A stretch of DNA of 64,000 nt, from positions 851,417-915,416 of the forward strand of contig CBDAOI010000002.1 of NCBI GenBank assembly GCA_965198005.1. The letters are read 5' to 3'. Both the position numbers and the translations under genes were made by a program. Below are positions 21,201 through 31,161 of this stretch, piece after piece. Each line of letters opens with the position of its first letter. Position 1 is the first letter of the stretch. The notes under the pieces are model-generated. The model was not told where the DNA came from and ran no database searches. It worked only from the letters and a program-made list of their open reading frames with translations. This DNA is from Spirochaetia bacterium (GTDB lineage Bacteria > Spirochaetota > Spirochaetia > SZUA-6 > Bin103).

Positions 21201-22633
21201 GCGCAGCCGACTCGATCGCCACCCGCGCCGACCTGCGCGGTCTGCGGGCCACGGTCATGGGACTCGGGGTGCATGGGGGCGGCCTGGCCACGGCGCAGTT
21301 CCTGGCGCGGCACGGTGCGCGCGTAACGGTGACCGACCTGCGGGCGGCGGCGGCGCTCGGTGCCTCGCCGGCGCAACTCGATCGCGCGGTCCGGCTGGTG
21401 CTGGGCCGGCACGAAACCGCGGACTTCACCGGCGCCGACTGCGTGGTGAAGAACCCGGGGGTGCCGGCCGACTCGCCGTTCCTGGCGGCGGCGCGCGGCG
21501 CCGGCGTCGCGCTCGAGACCGACGTCTCGCTGTTTCGCCGGCTGCATCCGCAGGTGCCGCTGCTGGTGGTGACCGGCAGCAAGGGCAAGTCCACCGCCGC
21601 CGCGGCGCTGCACCACGGGCTGCTGCACTGGCATCCGCAGGCGCGGCTGGGCGGCAACATCACCGTCTCGCCCCTGGCGTTCGCGGACGAGCTGGCGCCG
21701 CGCGCCCCGGTGGTGCTGGAGCTGTCCTCCTGGCAGCTCGGTGACCTGCCGGATCCGGCGGCGCTGCGGCCGCGGGTGGCGGTGCTGACCAACGTTCTTC
21801 CCGACCACCAGGACCGCTACCCGTCGTTGCGGGCCTACGCGCGCGACAAGCTGCACGTGTTTGCCGGCCAGAGCGCGGCCGACCGCGCCATCGTCGGACC
21901 CGGTGCCGCGCGCTGGCTCGAACGGCTGCCGGCCGCCCCAATGTGGCACGTCGCGTCCGGCGAGCTGCCGCCGGGCCGGGCCGGAGCGGTGGTGGACGGT
22001 GGCGGGCGGGTGTGGCTGCGGCCAACGTCCGCGGGCGGCGCCGGCCGCCTGCTGGTGGACGGCTGCCGGCTGCCGGGTCGGCACAACCTGCTCAACCTGG
22101 CGGCCGCGGCCCTGGGCGTGGTGGCGCTGGTGGCGCCGGCGGAGGCGGACCCGATCGCCCCCACCTTCGCGGACTTCACCGGCCTGGAGCACCGCCTGGA
22201 GCCGGTGGCCGAGTGGCGCGGCATCCGCTTCGTCAACGACTCCGCCGCCACCATGCCGCACGCCACCGCCGCGGCGCTGGCCGCGCTGCCGCCGCCCGTC
22301 ACCCTGATCGCCGGCGGCAACGACAAGCGGCTCGACTTCGCCGTGCTCAGCGCAAGCCGCGCGCCGGCGGCGGCGGTGCTGCTGGCCGGCACCGCCACCG
22401 GCAAGCTGCAGGCGGCGCTGGCCGCGGCCGGCGTGCGCGCGCACGGCCCGTTCGGCGAGCTCGAGGCGGCGGTGCGGGCCGCGGTGGCGCAGACCCCGCC
22501 CGGCGGCACCGTGCTGTTCTCCCCGGGGGCCACCTCGTTCGGCATGTTCGCCCACGAGTTCGACCGCGGACGCGCCTTCAAGCGGGTCGTGGCCGACCTC
22601 ACGCAGGGCGCGCCGGCCGGTCGCGCGCCGTGA
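21197..22633 (+). CDS. murD: UDP-N-acetylmuramoyl-L-alanine--D-glutamate ligase
   Basis: MGLGVHGGG, VTGSKGKST, ELSSWQL, HRLE, NDSAAT and FSPGATSF motifs. Confidence 0.95.
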   Translation: MSAADSIATRADLRGLRATVMGLGVHGGGLATAQFLARHGARVTVTDLRAAAALGASPAQLDRAVRLVLGRHETADFTGADCVVKNPGVPADSPFLAAARGAGVALETDVSLFRRLHPQVPLLVVTGSKGKSTAAAALHHGLLHWHPQARLGGNITVSPLAFADELAPRAPVVLELSSWQLGDLPDPAALRPRVAVLTNVLPDHQDRYPSLRAYARDKLHVFAGQSAADRAIVGPGAARWLERLPAAPMWHVASGELPPGRAGAVVDGGGRVWLRPTSAGGAGRLLVDGCRLPGRHNLLNLAAAALGVVALVAPAEADPIAPTFADFTGLEHRLEPVAEWRGIRFVNDSAATMPHATAAALAALPPPVTLIAGGNDKRLDFAVLSASRAPAAAVLLAGTATGKLQAALAAAGVRAHGPFGELEAAVRAAVAQTPPGGTVLFSPGATSFGMFAHEFDRGRAFKRVVADLTQGAPAGRAP

Positions 22634-22651
22634 ACGGGTGCCCGCCTGGAG

Positions 22652-23443
22652 CTACGACGGGCCGGCGTCGAGCCCGATGGCGGCGAACTGAGCGCGGGCG
22701 CCGAAGCTCATGTGCCCGGAATCGGAGCCGCAGTTGTTGAACTGGAACCCCTGGGCGATGCGGCGCGCCACCTCCTCGCCGGTGTTGCACCAGATCCCGC
22801 ACGGCATACCCGCGCCGCGACAGGTTTCGAGCACCTGCAGCACGACGTTCTCGTGCTCGGTATCAGGCCCCATCTCCGTGAGGCCCAGGGAGAGCATGAG
22901 GTCCAGCGGTCCGATGTAACACGCGTCGAGACCCGGAACGGTCACGATCTCGGCCAGGTTCTCCACCGCCTCGGCGGTCTCGATCTGCACCATCACGGCG
23001 AGATTGTCCTCCACCCACCGGGAGTAGTCGCGGCCGGTGTACGCGCTCAGGCGGCTGCCGCCATTGCTGCGGATGCCCGCCGGGGCGTAGCGGGTGTTGC
23101 TGACCGCGAATTCGGCGTCCCCTCTGGTTCCGACCATGGGCACCAGCACCCCCATCGCACCCGCGTCGAGGGCGCGCTGAATCCAGATCGTTTCGTTCCA
23201 GGGTACGCGGACGAACGGGGCGCAGCCGCCGAGCTGGGCGGCGCGAAAACAGTTGACCATGCCGTCGTAGCCGACGGTGCTGTGCTCCACGTCCACCAGC
23301 AGCCAGTCCCAGCCCACCTGCGCCTGAATCTCCGCCGACTCCGGAGACGCCAAGCTGATCCAGGTGCCTACGCTGGGCTCTCCCCGGCGCAGCTTGTCGA
23401 GCACGACGTTGCTCTCGATGATCGTCTTTCCAATGCCTTGCAT
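22652..23443 (-). CDS. HpcH/HpaI family aldolase
   Basis: DVEH, RALDAGA, QIET and IGPLDL motifs. Confidence 0.92.
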   Translation of the reverse strand: MQGIGKTIIESNVVLDKLRRGEPSVGTWISLASPESAEIQAQVGWDWLLVDVEHSTVGYDGMVNCFRAAQLGGCAPFVRVPWNETIWIQRALDAGAMGVLVPMVGTRGDAEFAVSNTRYAPAGIRSNGGSRLSAYTGRDYSRWVEDNLAVMVQIETAEAVENLAEIVTVPGLDACYIGPLDLMLSLGLTEMGPDTEHENVVLQVLETCRGAGMPCGIWCNTGEEVARRIAQGFQFNNCGSDSGHMSFGARAQFAAIGLDAGPS

Positions 23444-23506
23444 GGTGCGCACTAAACCAGAACGGCGCGCAATCGGCAAGCCGGGGCGGGCAGATTCTAC
23501 AGATTT

Positions 23507-23734
23507 CTACTCGTCTACTCGCTCTCTACTCGCTCGCTTGCGCGCGGCATGCGCCGGAGTCGCGGCGTTCATCGCCGGCCGCGGGCTCTCGTTCGGTCTC
23601 TTGCGGGCTGCACCGAGCGCCCGCGCGGCGCGGTCGAGTTCCACCAGAATGTCGAACCGTCGCGAGATGGCTTCGGGGGACATGTCGCGCGACACTCCGC
23701 GGCTGCTGGCTTTCGCCTCCTCGACCTGGTTCAC
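23507..23734 (-). CDS. Small hypothetical protein, partner of the upstream nucleotidyltransferase remnant
   Basis: GTG start overlaps the stop of the upstream remnant; contains DMSPEAISRR. Confidence 0.55.
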   Translation of the reverse strand: MNQVEEAKASSRGVSRDMSPEAISRRFDILVELDRAARALGAARKRPNESPRPAMNAATPAHAARKRASRERVDE

Positions 23735-23930
23735 GATCCACCCTCAAGGTGCTCGACGTCGCTGAGGTCCTGGTATCGTCCGGCTACCTTCTTCATTGCA
23801 ATCAGTCCCTTCACCGAAACGACCGTTATCGGCAGGTCGTCCAACTCGTAGACCTCGCGATCCTCCCACACGTCCACGAGAAAATCCGGCAACAGCAGCA
23901 GATCCACGGTCAGAAGATCATCGCCGATCC
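23731..23930 (-). pseudogene. C-terminal remnant of a nucleotidyltransferase-like protein
   Basis: Manual translation DLLTVDLLLLPDFLVDVWEDREVYELDDLPITVVSVKGLIAMKKVAGRYQDLSDVEHL; no 5' part, abuts the femAB stop. Confidence 0.65.
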
Positions 23931-23937
23931 TTGGACG

Positions 23938-25035
23938 TCACCGAATCGCCGGCGACGCGGGCCGGCCGCGCAACAGAGGGCGAAGCTGGGCGTAGTACCG
24001 CCGGCGCAGCGACTCCGCGCCGCGCAGCAACGGGTACGTCAACGGGTTCATCGGAACATCCCAGCAGCCCCACCGGTGCACGACCGCGCCCCCGAACCCG
24101 GTCTTGAACCGATACAGCCCCGCCCACGGGTGGCGCGGGTCGGGAGTCGGCGGAATGCCGTACAGGTCGTAGGTGCGGCAGCGGCGCTCACGCGCCAGGC
24201 GCATGGCCGCCCACTGCAGGGCGTAGTTGGCCATCAGCTCCCGGCGGCGCGGCGCCGAGGCGCCGTACAGGTAGCGCGCCATGCGGCCGCAGACGCTGAC
24301 GATGATGCCGCCGAGCAGCTCTTCGCCGTAGCAGGCGGAGAGCAGGAACACCTCCGGTGCGGCCACCGCCGCCGCCACCTCGAACAGCGTGGCGAAGTAG
24401 CGCTCGCTGTGGGCGGTGATGCGGTGCCGCTCGGCGGTAGCGCGGTAGAGACGGTACCAGGCGGCCAGCGCCGGGCCGCGCGCGGCGGCCGCCGGGGCGA
24501 CGGTCACGACCACCCCGCGGCGGTGCGCCAGGCGGATGTTGTAGCGCGTCTTGGACTTCATCCGCGCCAACAGCCGTGCCTCGTCGCCGAGCAGCGGGAC
24601 CAGCACGGTGCTCGTGGGTTGCACGTCGACCGGCGCCCGCCGCAGGTCGGCGGCAGCAGCGGGCGCCGGCAGCTCGCCCGGGGTCGCCGGCCACGGCAGG
24701 TCGTAACGCACGACCGTGGGACGCGGCGGAGCGGGGCCGTCGAAGAAGGTCCAATTCTGCAGCGTGATGCGGGGAGCCAGATCGGCCAGCATCTGCGCGG
24801 CGTCGCCGGTGGCCGGCGGCGCGGAGGGGGCGCCGGGAACGTACACCAGGGGTCCGAACGGCGTCGGCCGCATCAGGCTCAGGAGCGTGCCGCCGCTGCC
24901 GCGGGCCACCCAGTACACCGGCTCCGGGCGCCAGCCGAAGCGCTGCTTGAAGCGCGCCCAGAGCGCGCTCTGCAGCAACTCGTCGCCCGGCTTCAGGTCG
25001 TCGAGAGCGATCGGGCCCGCCTCCATGCGACCCAT
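23938..25035 (-). CDS. FemAB/FemX-family peptidoglycan bridge aminoacyltransferase
   Basis: LLQSALWARFK, MKSKTRYNIRLA, YLYGAS and GLYRFKTGFGG. Confidence 0.92.
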   Translation of the reverse strand: MGRMEAGPIALDDLKPGDELLQSALWARFKQRFGWRPEPVYWVARGSGGTLLSLMRPTPFGPLVYVPGAPSAPPATGDAAQMLADLAPRITLQNWTFFDGPAPPRPTVVRYDLPWPATPGELPAPAAAADLRRAPVDVQPTSTVLVPLLGDEARLLARMKSKTRYNIRLAHRRGVVVTVAPAAAARGPALAAWYRLYRATAERHRITAHSERYFATLFEVAAAVAAPEVFLLSACYGEELLGGIIVSVCGRMARYLYGASAPRRRELMANYALQWAAMRLARERRCRTYDLYGIPPTPDPRHPWAGLYRFKTGFGGAVVHRWGCWDVPMNPLTYPLLRGAESLRRRYYAQLRPLLRGRPASPAIR

Positions 25036-25089
25036 CGTACCGCGGCCAGATGCCGGCTGCTACGGCCTGACCGGATGGCGGGCACGGAG

Positions 25090-25206
25090 GCGCCGTTTGG
25101 CGAGTGTGAATGCCCCCCGTCCGACGCCGCCCACGGCGGCGTGGATGAGCGCCCGCTGGCCCGCGCGTAGGCGCGCCAGATGCACGAGCGAGTAGTAGGC
25201 GGTCAC
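25090..25206 (-). pseudogene. Fragment of an enoylreductase/MDR (PKS ER-like) domain
   Basis: Manual translation [29 protein letters not shown]. Confidence 0.6.
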
Positions 25207-25290
25207 GTCCACCGACCGCACCGAGCCGGCACCTCGTATGACAGGAGGGGGGGATCAACGTGCGTCGGATAGGAAGGCTACGGAGAACGT

Positions 25291-25534
25291 CATGGACCTC
25301 AGTGGATATCGACAGGGAGTAATCCATCTAGCGTGGTTCCGCGACGACCGAGCTCGGTTCTTGCTCTTTGGCATGGTCCAGTTGCTACCGACGGAGTTTC
25401 CTGGTGGCGGACGCATCAGCGCAATGCTGAATCAATTCGAGCAGTGGCAATCGATTGAGAGAGAGGCGCGCAAGAGCAGGCATATCTCGAAAGCTCTGTC
25501 TGAAATGCGAGCGGAGATAGACAAACTGAGATGA
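25291..25534 (+). pseudogene. Short lower-GC ORF, possibly an internally deleted gene
   Basis: GGAG RBS before ATG; composition differs from its flanks. Confidence 0.35.
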
Positions 25535-25653
25535 TTCAACAGACTATCTTCGCGGCCCTATTCGAATCGCGGTGGTGACTGCACCAACTGTCGCCTCGGC
25601 GCCGTTGGGGAAGTGGTCGGCAGGATGTCATACTCGCGTCCCGAGCTCGCGGT

Positions 25654-25854
25654 ATGGACTCCGCCACAGAGGTGGCCGCACACTACGGCATCCTCTGCGT
25701 CACCGGGTACATCGTCGACGACGAGATCAAGCATGCCCCCGGCTTCTTCACGAAGCTGGAGCGGCTCGAGACGGCCATGTCGGTGCGTCACCCCTATCGA
25801 CTCATGGCAAAGTTCTGCCACGTGATCGCTGCACGCATGGATGGAAGGCGCTAG
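25654..25854 (+). pseudogene. Possible C-terminal remnant of a class I SAM methyltransferase
   Basis: Ends LERLETAMSVRHPYRLMAKFCHVIAAR, like the terminal strand of SmtA-type methyltransferases. Confidence 0.35.
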
Positions 25855-25881
25855 GGGGGCACCTGCCGGGCGGCGGCAGCC

Positions 25882-27042
25882 TCACGCGAGCCCCAACTCC
25901 TGCAAGGCCGCGCGCCAGTGCAGGCACAGCACACCGTCGATCTGCATCCGCGCCGGATCCCTGCTGATGCACAGGGCCAGCGGCCGGGCGAAGTCACCCG
26001 TGAACCCCGCCAGTCCGCGCGCGTCGCGCTCGTCGATGCGGTCGGATGACTTGATCTCGACCAGCACCACCGGCATGCCGGGCCGGTCGATCACCAGATC
26101 GATCTCGACCCCGCCTCCGGTCCGCAGATAGAACAGCCGCCAGTCCGGGTATCGGTACCTCGAAAGGTGCAGAATCTGGGTGATGACGAAGTGTTCGAAC
26201 GCCTTGCCGAACTCGTAGGTCCCGGAGCGCAGCGGCACCTCGAGCGTCCGTTCCAGGGACCGTTTGACGCCGACGTCGAAGTAGTAGAACTTCGGATTGG
26301 CACGTTGCTGCTTCCGGATCGAGCGGTGATAGGCGGGCAGGTGAAAGCCCACCAGCGTGTCTTCCAGGATGCCGAAATAGGAAACGATGGTCTTGGGATC
26401 CGCTCCCACGTCGCGGGCGATGTTAGCGTAGTTGATGATGGTGCCGCTCGACTGCGCCGCTACCTCGAGGAACTCCCGGAACGGATCGAGCCGTCTGATG
26501 ATCTGTTCGGCGACAATCTCCTCCTTCAGATAGGTGAGCGCATACGCGCGAAGGTACGCGTGTTTCTCCTCTCTGCCTGCCAGCGAGTAGAGCTTCGGCA
26601 ACGTTCCCCAGTGCAGCGCGTCCTCGAGCACGAATGCGTTCTGCAGCTCCGGCACGGTCAGCGGGTAGAGGTTGTACACGAACGCCCGGCCCGCCAGCAG
26701 ATTGGACGCCCCGCGCCTGAGCTTCCTGCCGCTCGATCCGGTAAGCACGAACCGCTTGCCGGTGCTTTCGATCAGCCGATGGACCACGTCCAGGAGCCGA
26801 GGCGCGCGCTGCACCTCGTCGATCAGAATCCACTCCACCGATCCGGGCAGCGCTCTGACCTCACTCTCCAGCCGGCCCGGGCGCCTCCGATAGCGATCCT
26901 CCACCTCCGGGTCCAGCAGGTCCACGCACAACGACGCGTCCGGATCGAACGCTTCCCCGATGTAGGTGGTCTTGCCGGTGCCGCGCGCGCCGAACAGAAA
27001 GAACGAGTTGCTGCGGCTGACCTGCAGCAGCCGGCGGAACAT
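25882..27042 (-). CDS. AAA_14 ATPase with DUF4143 (PD-(D/E)xK-like) C terminus
   Basis: GARGTGKT, IDEVQ, LTGSS, LAGRA, KFYYFDVG and EIDLVI...VEIKS. Confidence 0.92.
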   Translation of the reverse strand: MFRRLLQVSRSNSFFLFGARGTGKTTYIGEAFDPDASLCVDLLDPEVEDRYRRRPGRLESEVRALPGSVEWILIDEVQRAPRLLDVVHRLIESTGKRFVLTGSSGRKLRRGASNLLAGRAFVYNLYPLTVPELQNAFVLEDALHWGTLPKLYSLAGREEKHAYLRAYALTYLKEEIVAEQIIRRLDPFREFLEVAAQSSGTIINYANIARDVGADPKTIVSYFGILEDTLVGFHLPAYHRSIRKQQRANPKFYYFDVGVKRSLERTLEVPLRSGTYEFGKAFEHFVITQILHLSRYRYPDWRLFYLRTGGGVEIDLVIDRPGMPVVLVEIKSSDRIDERDARGLAGFTGDFARPLALCISRDPARMQIDGVLCLHWRAALQELGLA

Positions 27043-27130
27043 GGCGCAATACTATCAGAAAAAAGGATCGTAGTCCATATTTCTATTCTGAAAAGGGATT
27101 ATGTTCCGCAAACCGCTCCCCGATAGATTC

Positions 27131-28405
27131 TCAGCGGCGCAGCGCCGCGATCAGCCGTTCCGCCTCCTCGACCGAGAGCTTGCCCTCCTGCAGCAGGTTG
27201 AGCACCGTCTTGACCTCGGCGCTGGTGTCGGCCTGCTGCCGCTCGCCGTCACCCGCTTCCGCGGCGCGCGCTTTTTCGGCGCCCGCCTCGTGCCAGCGCT
27301 CGCCACCATGGCGGTGGTGCTCGTGCCGGCCGGGGCCGCCGAACCGGAAGGCGCGCCGCATTTCCCGCGACACCTCCTCGCCCAGCCGGCCGAACTTCAT
27401 CCCGAACTGCTTCATGTCGCGCATGAAGCGGGGAAACTCCTCGCTGAAGTCGATGTCGAACCAGACCCCGTGCTGGCGCGGATCGTGCCGGAAGAACTCG
27501 TCCTCGTCGTCGCGCCGCCGGGTATCGAACTCGGTGTATGGCATCACCTGCACTCCTCCTTTCAGGTTGTTGATCAGAATCAGCAGCTCGGGCGGCTGGC
27601 CGCCGAACCGCAGCGTGCTTACGCCGCCTTCGCTGCGGCTGCGGGCGCCGGCGATCGTGCTGCGCATCGACCCCATGGTGCGCACCTTGACGGTGGCGTT
27701 GATCTGCTCGGGCAGCGCCAGCGTGACCCCGCCGTTGGCTGAGTAGACTGCCAGCCGGCCCGGTCCGTCGGCCGCCGCATCGGCAGCCGCCGCCGTAGTC
27801 GAGGCAGCCTCCTCCCCGTCCGGATCGGCGTCCTCCGCGGCGCCCCCGGCCGGCGCGCCCAGCGGGCTGAGCTGGAGCGCGATGCGCCCGTTGGCGCTGC
27901 GTATCGACCCGCCGCCGACCCGGCTGGCCGCCAGCCGGATACGGCCGTTCGAGGTGGCCGCCTCCAGGTGCGCGGCCTCGACCTCCTCCAACTCCAGGGA
28001 ACCGTTGGCGGCGGCGGCCTGCACGCGGCCCCGGTACCGGCGCACGTGCACCGCACCGTTGCGGGTGCGCACCTTGAGCCGGCCCTGCAGCTCGCCCACC
28101 GTGACCGATCCGTTGCGGCTGCGGATCCGGAGCTGCGTGCCCTGCGGCGCGCGCACCTCCAGCACGCCCGGCTCGGGAGTTTCGGTGCGCTGCTCCTCCA
28201 GCCGGACCGCCCGCGGGCCGTCGTTCTCGGCTGCGGCCTCGCGCACCGTGAACCGGCCGTCCGGCGGGTCGGACGATTGCCCCGCTGCGGCAACGAAGCG
28301 GGCGTGCCCTTTGCCGTCGGCGCTCGGGGCGACGGTGAGCGCCGTGTTCAGCAGCATAATCTCAAGCTGCGGTTGTGCCCCCTCCAGGGGTAACTCGATC
28401 GTCAT
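27131..28405 (-). CDS. DUF4097 beta-repeat protein with C-terminal SHOCT-like motif
   Basis: Repeated (S/T)xNG units; ends VLNLLQEGKLSVEEAERLI. Confidence 0.8.
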   Translation of the reverse strand: MTIELPLEGAQPQLEIMLLNTALTVAPSADGKGHARFVAAAGQSSDPPDGRFTVREAAAENDGPRAVRLEEQRTETPEPGVLEVRAPQGTQLRIRSRNGSVTVGELQGRLKVRTRNGAVHVRRYRGRVQAAAANGSLELEEVEAAHLEAATSNGRIRLAASRVGGGSIRSANGRIALQLSPLGAPAGGAAEDADPDGEEAASTTAAAADAAADGPGRLAVYSANGGVTLALPEQINATVKVRTMGSMRSTIAGARSRSEGGVSTLRFGGQPPELLILINNLKGGVQVMPYTEFDTRRRDDEDEFFRHDPRQHGVWFDIDFSEEFPRFMRDMKQFGMKFGRLGEEVSREMRRAFRFGGPGRHEHHRHGGERWHEAGAEKARAAEAGDGERQQADTSAEVKTVLNLLQEGKLSVEEAERLIAALRR

Positions 28406-28968
28406 ACAAGGCCTCCTCGACTCGCCGAACCCGGCGTCTCTGGCGGGATCATGCCCTCGCCCTCCTCACGCGGCCGCTCGAACAGCTTGCGCAGCGCGTC
28501 GTCCACGGCGATGCGGCCGGCGCTCACGTCCTTCAACAATTCCATACGCGCCGCGCGGCTCTGCTCCACACGCGCCCGGGCGCCCGGTTCCGGCCGGGCC
28601 GCGGCCGCATCCCGCTCCGCCCCCGGGCCGGCCGCGTCCGCGTCGCCGCCGGCTGCGGCGTCGGCGCGCAGGCGTGCTTCCGCCAGCCGCGCGTTGACGC
28701 TCGCCAGCCGCGCCTTGACGGTGGGGTAGGAGATGCCGACGCGCCGCTCGACGTTGCGGAAACTGCCCTCCGCCTCCAGGAACACGTTGACGAAGTGCAC
28801 CAGCTCCTGCGGCAGCGCGCACACCTCGCAACGCCGAAACGCTCCGCGCAACGCGACGCCGCAGCCGCGGCAGCGGTATTCCCGCACCAGCATCTCGTCG
28901 CCGCACACCGGGCACGCCCCGAGCGGCGCGTGCGCTGCGCCTACGCCCAATTCCGCCATCGCCGTCAA
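28402..28968 (-). CDS. DUF2089 family zinc-ribbon/HTH protein
   Basis: CPVC...CRGC and GISYPTVKARL. Confidence 0.88.
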   Translation of the reverse strand: MTAMAELGVGAAHAPLGACPVCGDEMLVREYRCRGCGVALRGAFRRCEVCALPQELVHFVNVFLEAEGSFRNVERRVGISYPTVKARLASVNARLAEARLRADAAAGGDADAAGPGAERDAAAARPEPGARARVEQSRAARMELLKDVSAGRIAVDDALRKLFERPREEGEGMIPPETPGSASRGGLV

Positions 28969-28974
28969 ATATGC

Positions 28975-29003
28975 AGCGTATCCTTGAAAAAATCAAGGGT
29001 CAA
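28975..29003 (-). promoter_or_regulatory. Sigma70 promoter with palindromic operator in the spacer
   Basis: TTGACC-N17-TACGCT; CCTTGA-N5-TCAAGG at 28982-28998. Confidence 0.6.
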
Positions 29004-29079
29004 ATAAACTTTTTGCAGGGATTAAGCAGTGGGCCCCTCGACGACCGACGGCGGCCCAGCCGTCCTCGCAGGGTAATTC

Positions 29080-29108
29080 TTGACTCCGGGCGGGTTGCAC
29101 GCTACGTT
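29080..29108 (+). promoter_or_regulatory. Putative sigma70 promoter of hflKC
   Basis: TTGACT-N17-TACGTT. Confidence 0.55.
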
Positions 29109-29158
29109 CTGTTGCACGATCAGGCGGCGCAATCAGGCACCTCGCCGCAGGGGGATTC

Positions 29159-30145
29159 ATGGCAGAAAGTGACGTTACGCAGGCACGCCCGGCGGGCAAC
29201 TTCAGTCCGCGCGCCGTCGGGGTCGTTGTCGCCGTCGTCGTCTTGTTCGCGATCATCGTGTCCAGCGTGTTCGTGGTGGACCAGCGGGAGACCGCCGTGG
29301 TGCTCCGATTCGGCCGCTTTCAGCGCCTCTCCAATGAGGGCCTGCACTTCAAGCTGCCGTTCGGCATCGATCGCAACATCAACGTCGAAACCCAACAGGT
29401 GAAAAAGCTGGAATTCGGCTACCGGACCGAGCGCGCCGGCGTCCAGACGGTATTCTCGGCCCAGGACTTTTCCGAAGAATCGATCATGCTGACCGGCGAT
29501 CTCAACATCGTCGACGTCGAGTGGTCGATCCAGTATCGGATCGTCGACCCACGACAGTTCCTGTTCAACGTGCTGGACCAGGAAAAGACGTTGCGCGACA
29601 TCTCGCAGTCGGTGATCAACCAGTTGGTGGGCGACCGCGCGATACTGGACGTGATCAGCAGCGAGCGTGAGAACATCGAGTTCATCGGTCAGCAACGGAT
29701 GAACGAGATCTACGACTCGTACGAGCTTGGCGTCACGGTCACCGCCCTCAAGCTGCAGAACATCGTGCCGCCCAAGGGCGCGGTGCAGAACGCCTTCGAG
29801 GATGTCAACAAGGCGATCCAGGACCGCAGCCGCTTCATCGAGGAGGGCAAGGAAGCGTACAATCAGGCGATTCCCCGGGCTCGCGGTCAAGCGTTGCAGA
29901 TCATCCAGGAGGCCGAGGGCTACCGGGAAGAGCGCATCAACCGCGCCCACGGTGACACCGCCCGCTTCCGCGCCGTGTACGCTGAGTACCGGCGGAACCC
30001 CGAGGTGACTCGCTCGCGCCTCTACTTCGAGATGTTCGAGGACGTGTTCATGAACGCGGACGGCACCGACCTGATCGACCGCAACCTGGACAATTTCATT
30101 CCATTGAAGAACCTGGTGCCCACCTTCCAAGGAGCTACGCAGTGA
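29159..30145 (+). CDS. hflK: FtsH modulator HflK
   Basis: VVLRFG, MLTGDLNIVDVEW, AFEDVNKA and IPRARG. Confidence 0.95.
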   Translation: MAESDVTQARPAGNFSPRAVGVVVAVVVLFAIIVSSVFVVDQRETAVVLRFGRFQRLSNEGLHFKLPFGIDRNINVETQQVKKLEFGYRTERAGVQTVFSAQDFSEESIMLTGDLNIVDVEWSIQYRIVDPRQFLFNVLDQEKTLRDISQSVINQLVGDRAILDVISSERENIEFIGQQRMNEIYDSYELGVTVTALKLQNIVPPKGAVQNAFEDVNKAIQDRSRFIEEGKEAYNQAIPRARGQALQIIQEAEGYREERINRAHGDTARFRAVYAEYRRNPEVTRSRLYFEMFEDVFMNADGTDLIDRNLDNFIPLKNLVPTFQGATQ

Positions 30146-31143
30146 AGAAAGGGGTAACGATAGGCGTCGTCGTCATATTTCTGGTCATCGTGTTCCTGAT
30201 GCTCGGGCCCCTGTGGGTGATGCAGGAGGGCGAGCAGGCGGTGCTGCTGCAGTTCGGGCGCATCGTGGCCTCGCATCGGGACGCCGGCTTGAAATTGAAG
30301 ACCCCGGTGATCGACCGCGTGGTCAAGTTTCCCAAGAAGATCCTGTCGTGGGACGGCGCCGCGCAGCGCATCCCCACCGAGGAGAACCAGTTCATCTGGG
30401 TGGACACCACCGCCCGCTGGCGCATTGCCGACCCGCAGCTTTTCTACGAGTCGGTGACCTCCACCGATCAGGCGGCGTCGCGCCTCGACGACATCATCGA
30501 CTCCGAGGTGCGCAAGACCATCTCTCGCAACCCGCTCACGGAGGCGGTGCGCAACTCCGACGTGATCAACCAGATCGAGCGGCGCAACGTATTCGCCACC
30601 GCGGGCCCCGAGAGCGAGATCGACGACAGCGTGATCGTCGACACCTTCACCCAGGTTACCTACCCGTCGATCAACAAGGGGCGCACCGAGCTGTCGGACG
30701 AGGTGCTCACCGAGGCGAGCCGGCTGTTGATCCAGCAGTTCGGCATCGAGCTGATCGACGTGGTGATCCGCCAGATCAAGTACTCGGACGACCTCACCGA
30801 AAGCGTCTACAACCGCATGATCGCCGACCGCCAGCAGATCGCCCAGGCGTTCCGCTCCGACGGCGAGGGACGGAAGGCGGACTGGCTCGGACAACGCTCG
30901 CGCGAGCTCAACGTGGTCCTGTCGGCGGCGCGCCGGCAGGCGGAGGAGATCAAGGGCGACGCCGACGCGCAGGCGGCCAACATCTACGCCGACGCATACA
31001 ACCAGGATCCGGAGTTCTACGAGTTCTGGAAGGCGGTCGAAGCGTATCGCATGCTGATGCCGAAGTTCCGCAAGACGCTGACCACCGACGCCGAGTTCTT
31101 CAAGTACCTGTACAACCAGGAGGGCCAGCTCTCCGGACCGTGA
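30142..31143 (+). CDS. hflC: FtsH modulator HflC
   Basis: AVLLQFG, VYNRMIADR and YADAYNQDPEFYEF. Confidence 0.95.
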   Translation: MKKGVTIGVVVIFLVIVFLMLGPLWVMQEGEQAVLLQFGRIVASHRDAGLKLKTPVIDRVVKFPKKILSWDGAAQRIPTEENQFIWVDTTARWRIADPQLFYESVTSTDQAASRLDDIIDSEVRKTISRNPLTEAVRNSDVINQIERRNVFATAGPESEIDDSVIVDTFTQVTYPSINKGRTELSDEVLTEASRLLIQQFGIELIDVVIRQIKYSDDLTESVYNRMIADRQQIAQAFRSDGEGRKADWLGQRSRELNVVLSAARRQAEEIKGDADAQAANIYADAYNQDPEFYEFWKAVEAYRMLMPKFRKTLTTDAEFFKYLYNQEGQLSGP

Positions 31144-31161
31144 ACCGGGCGGCGGCGGCGG

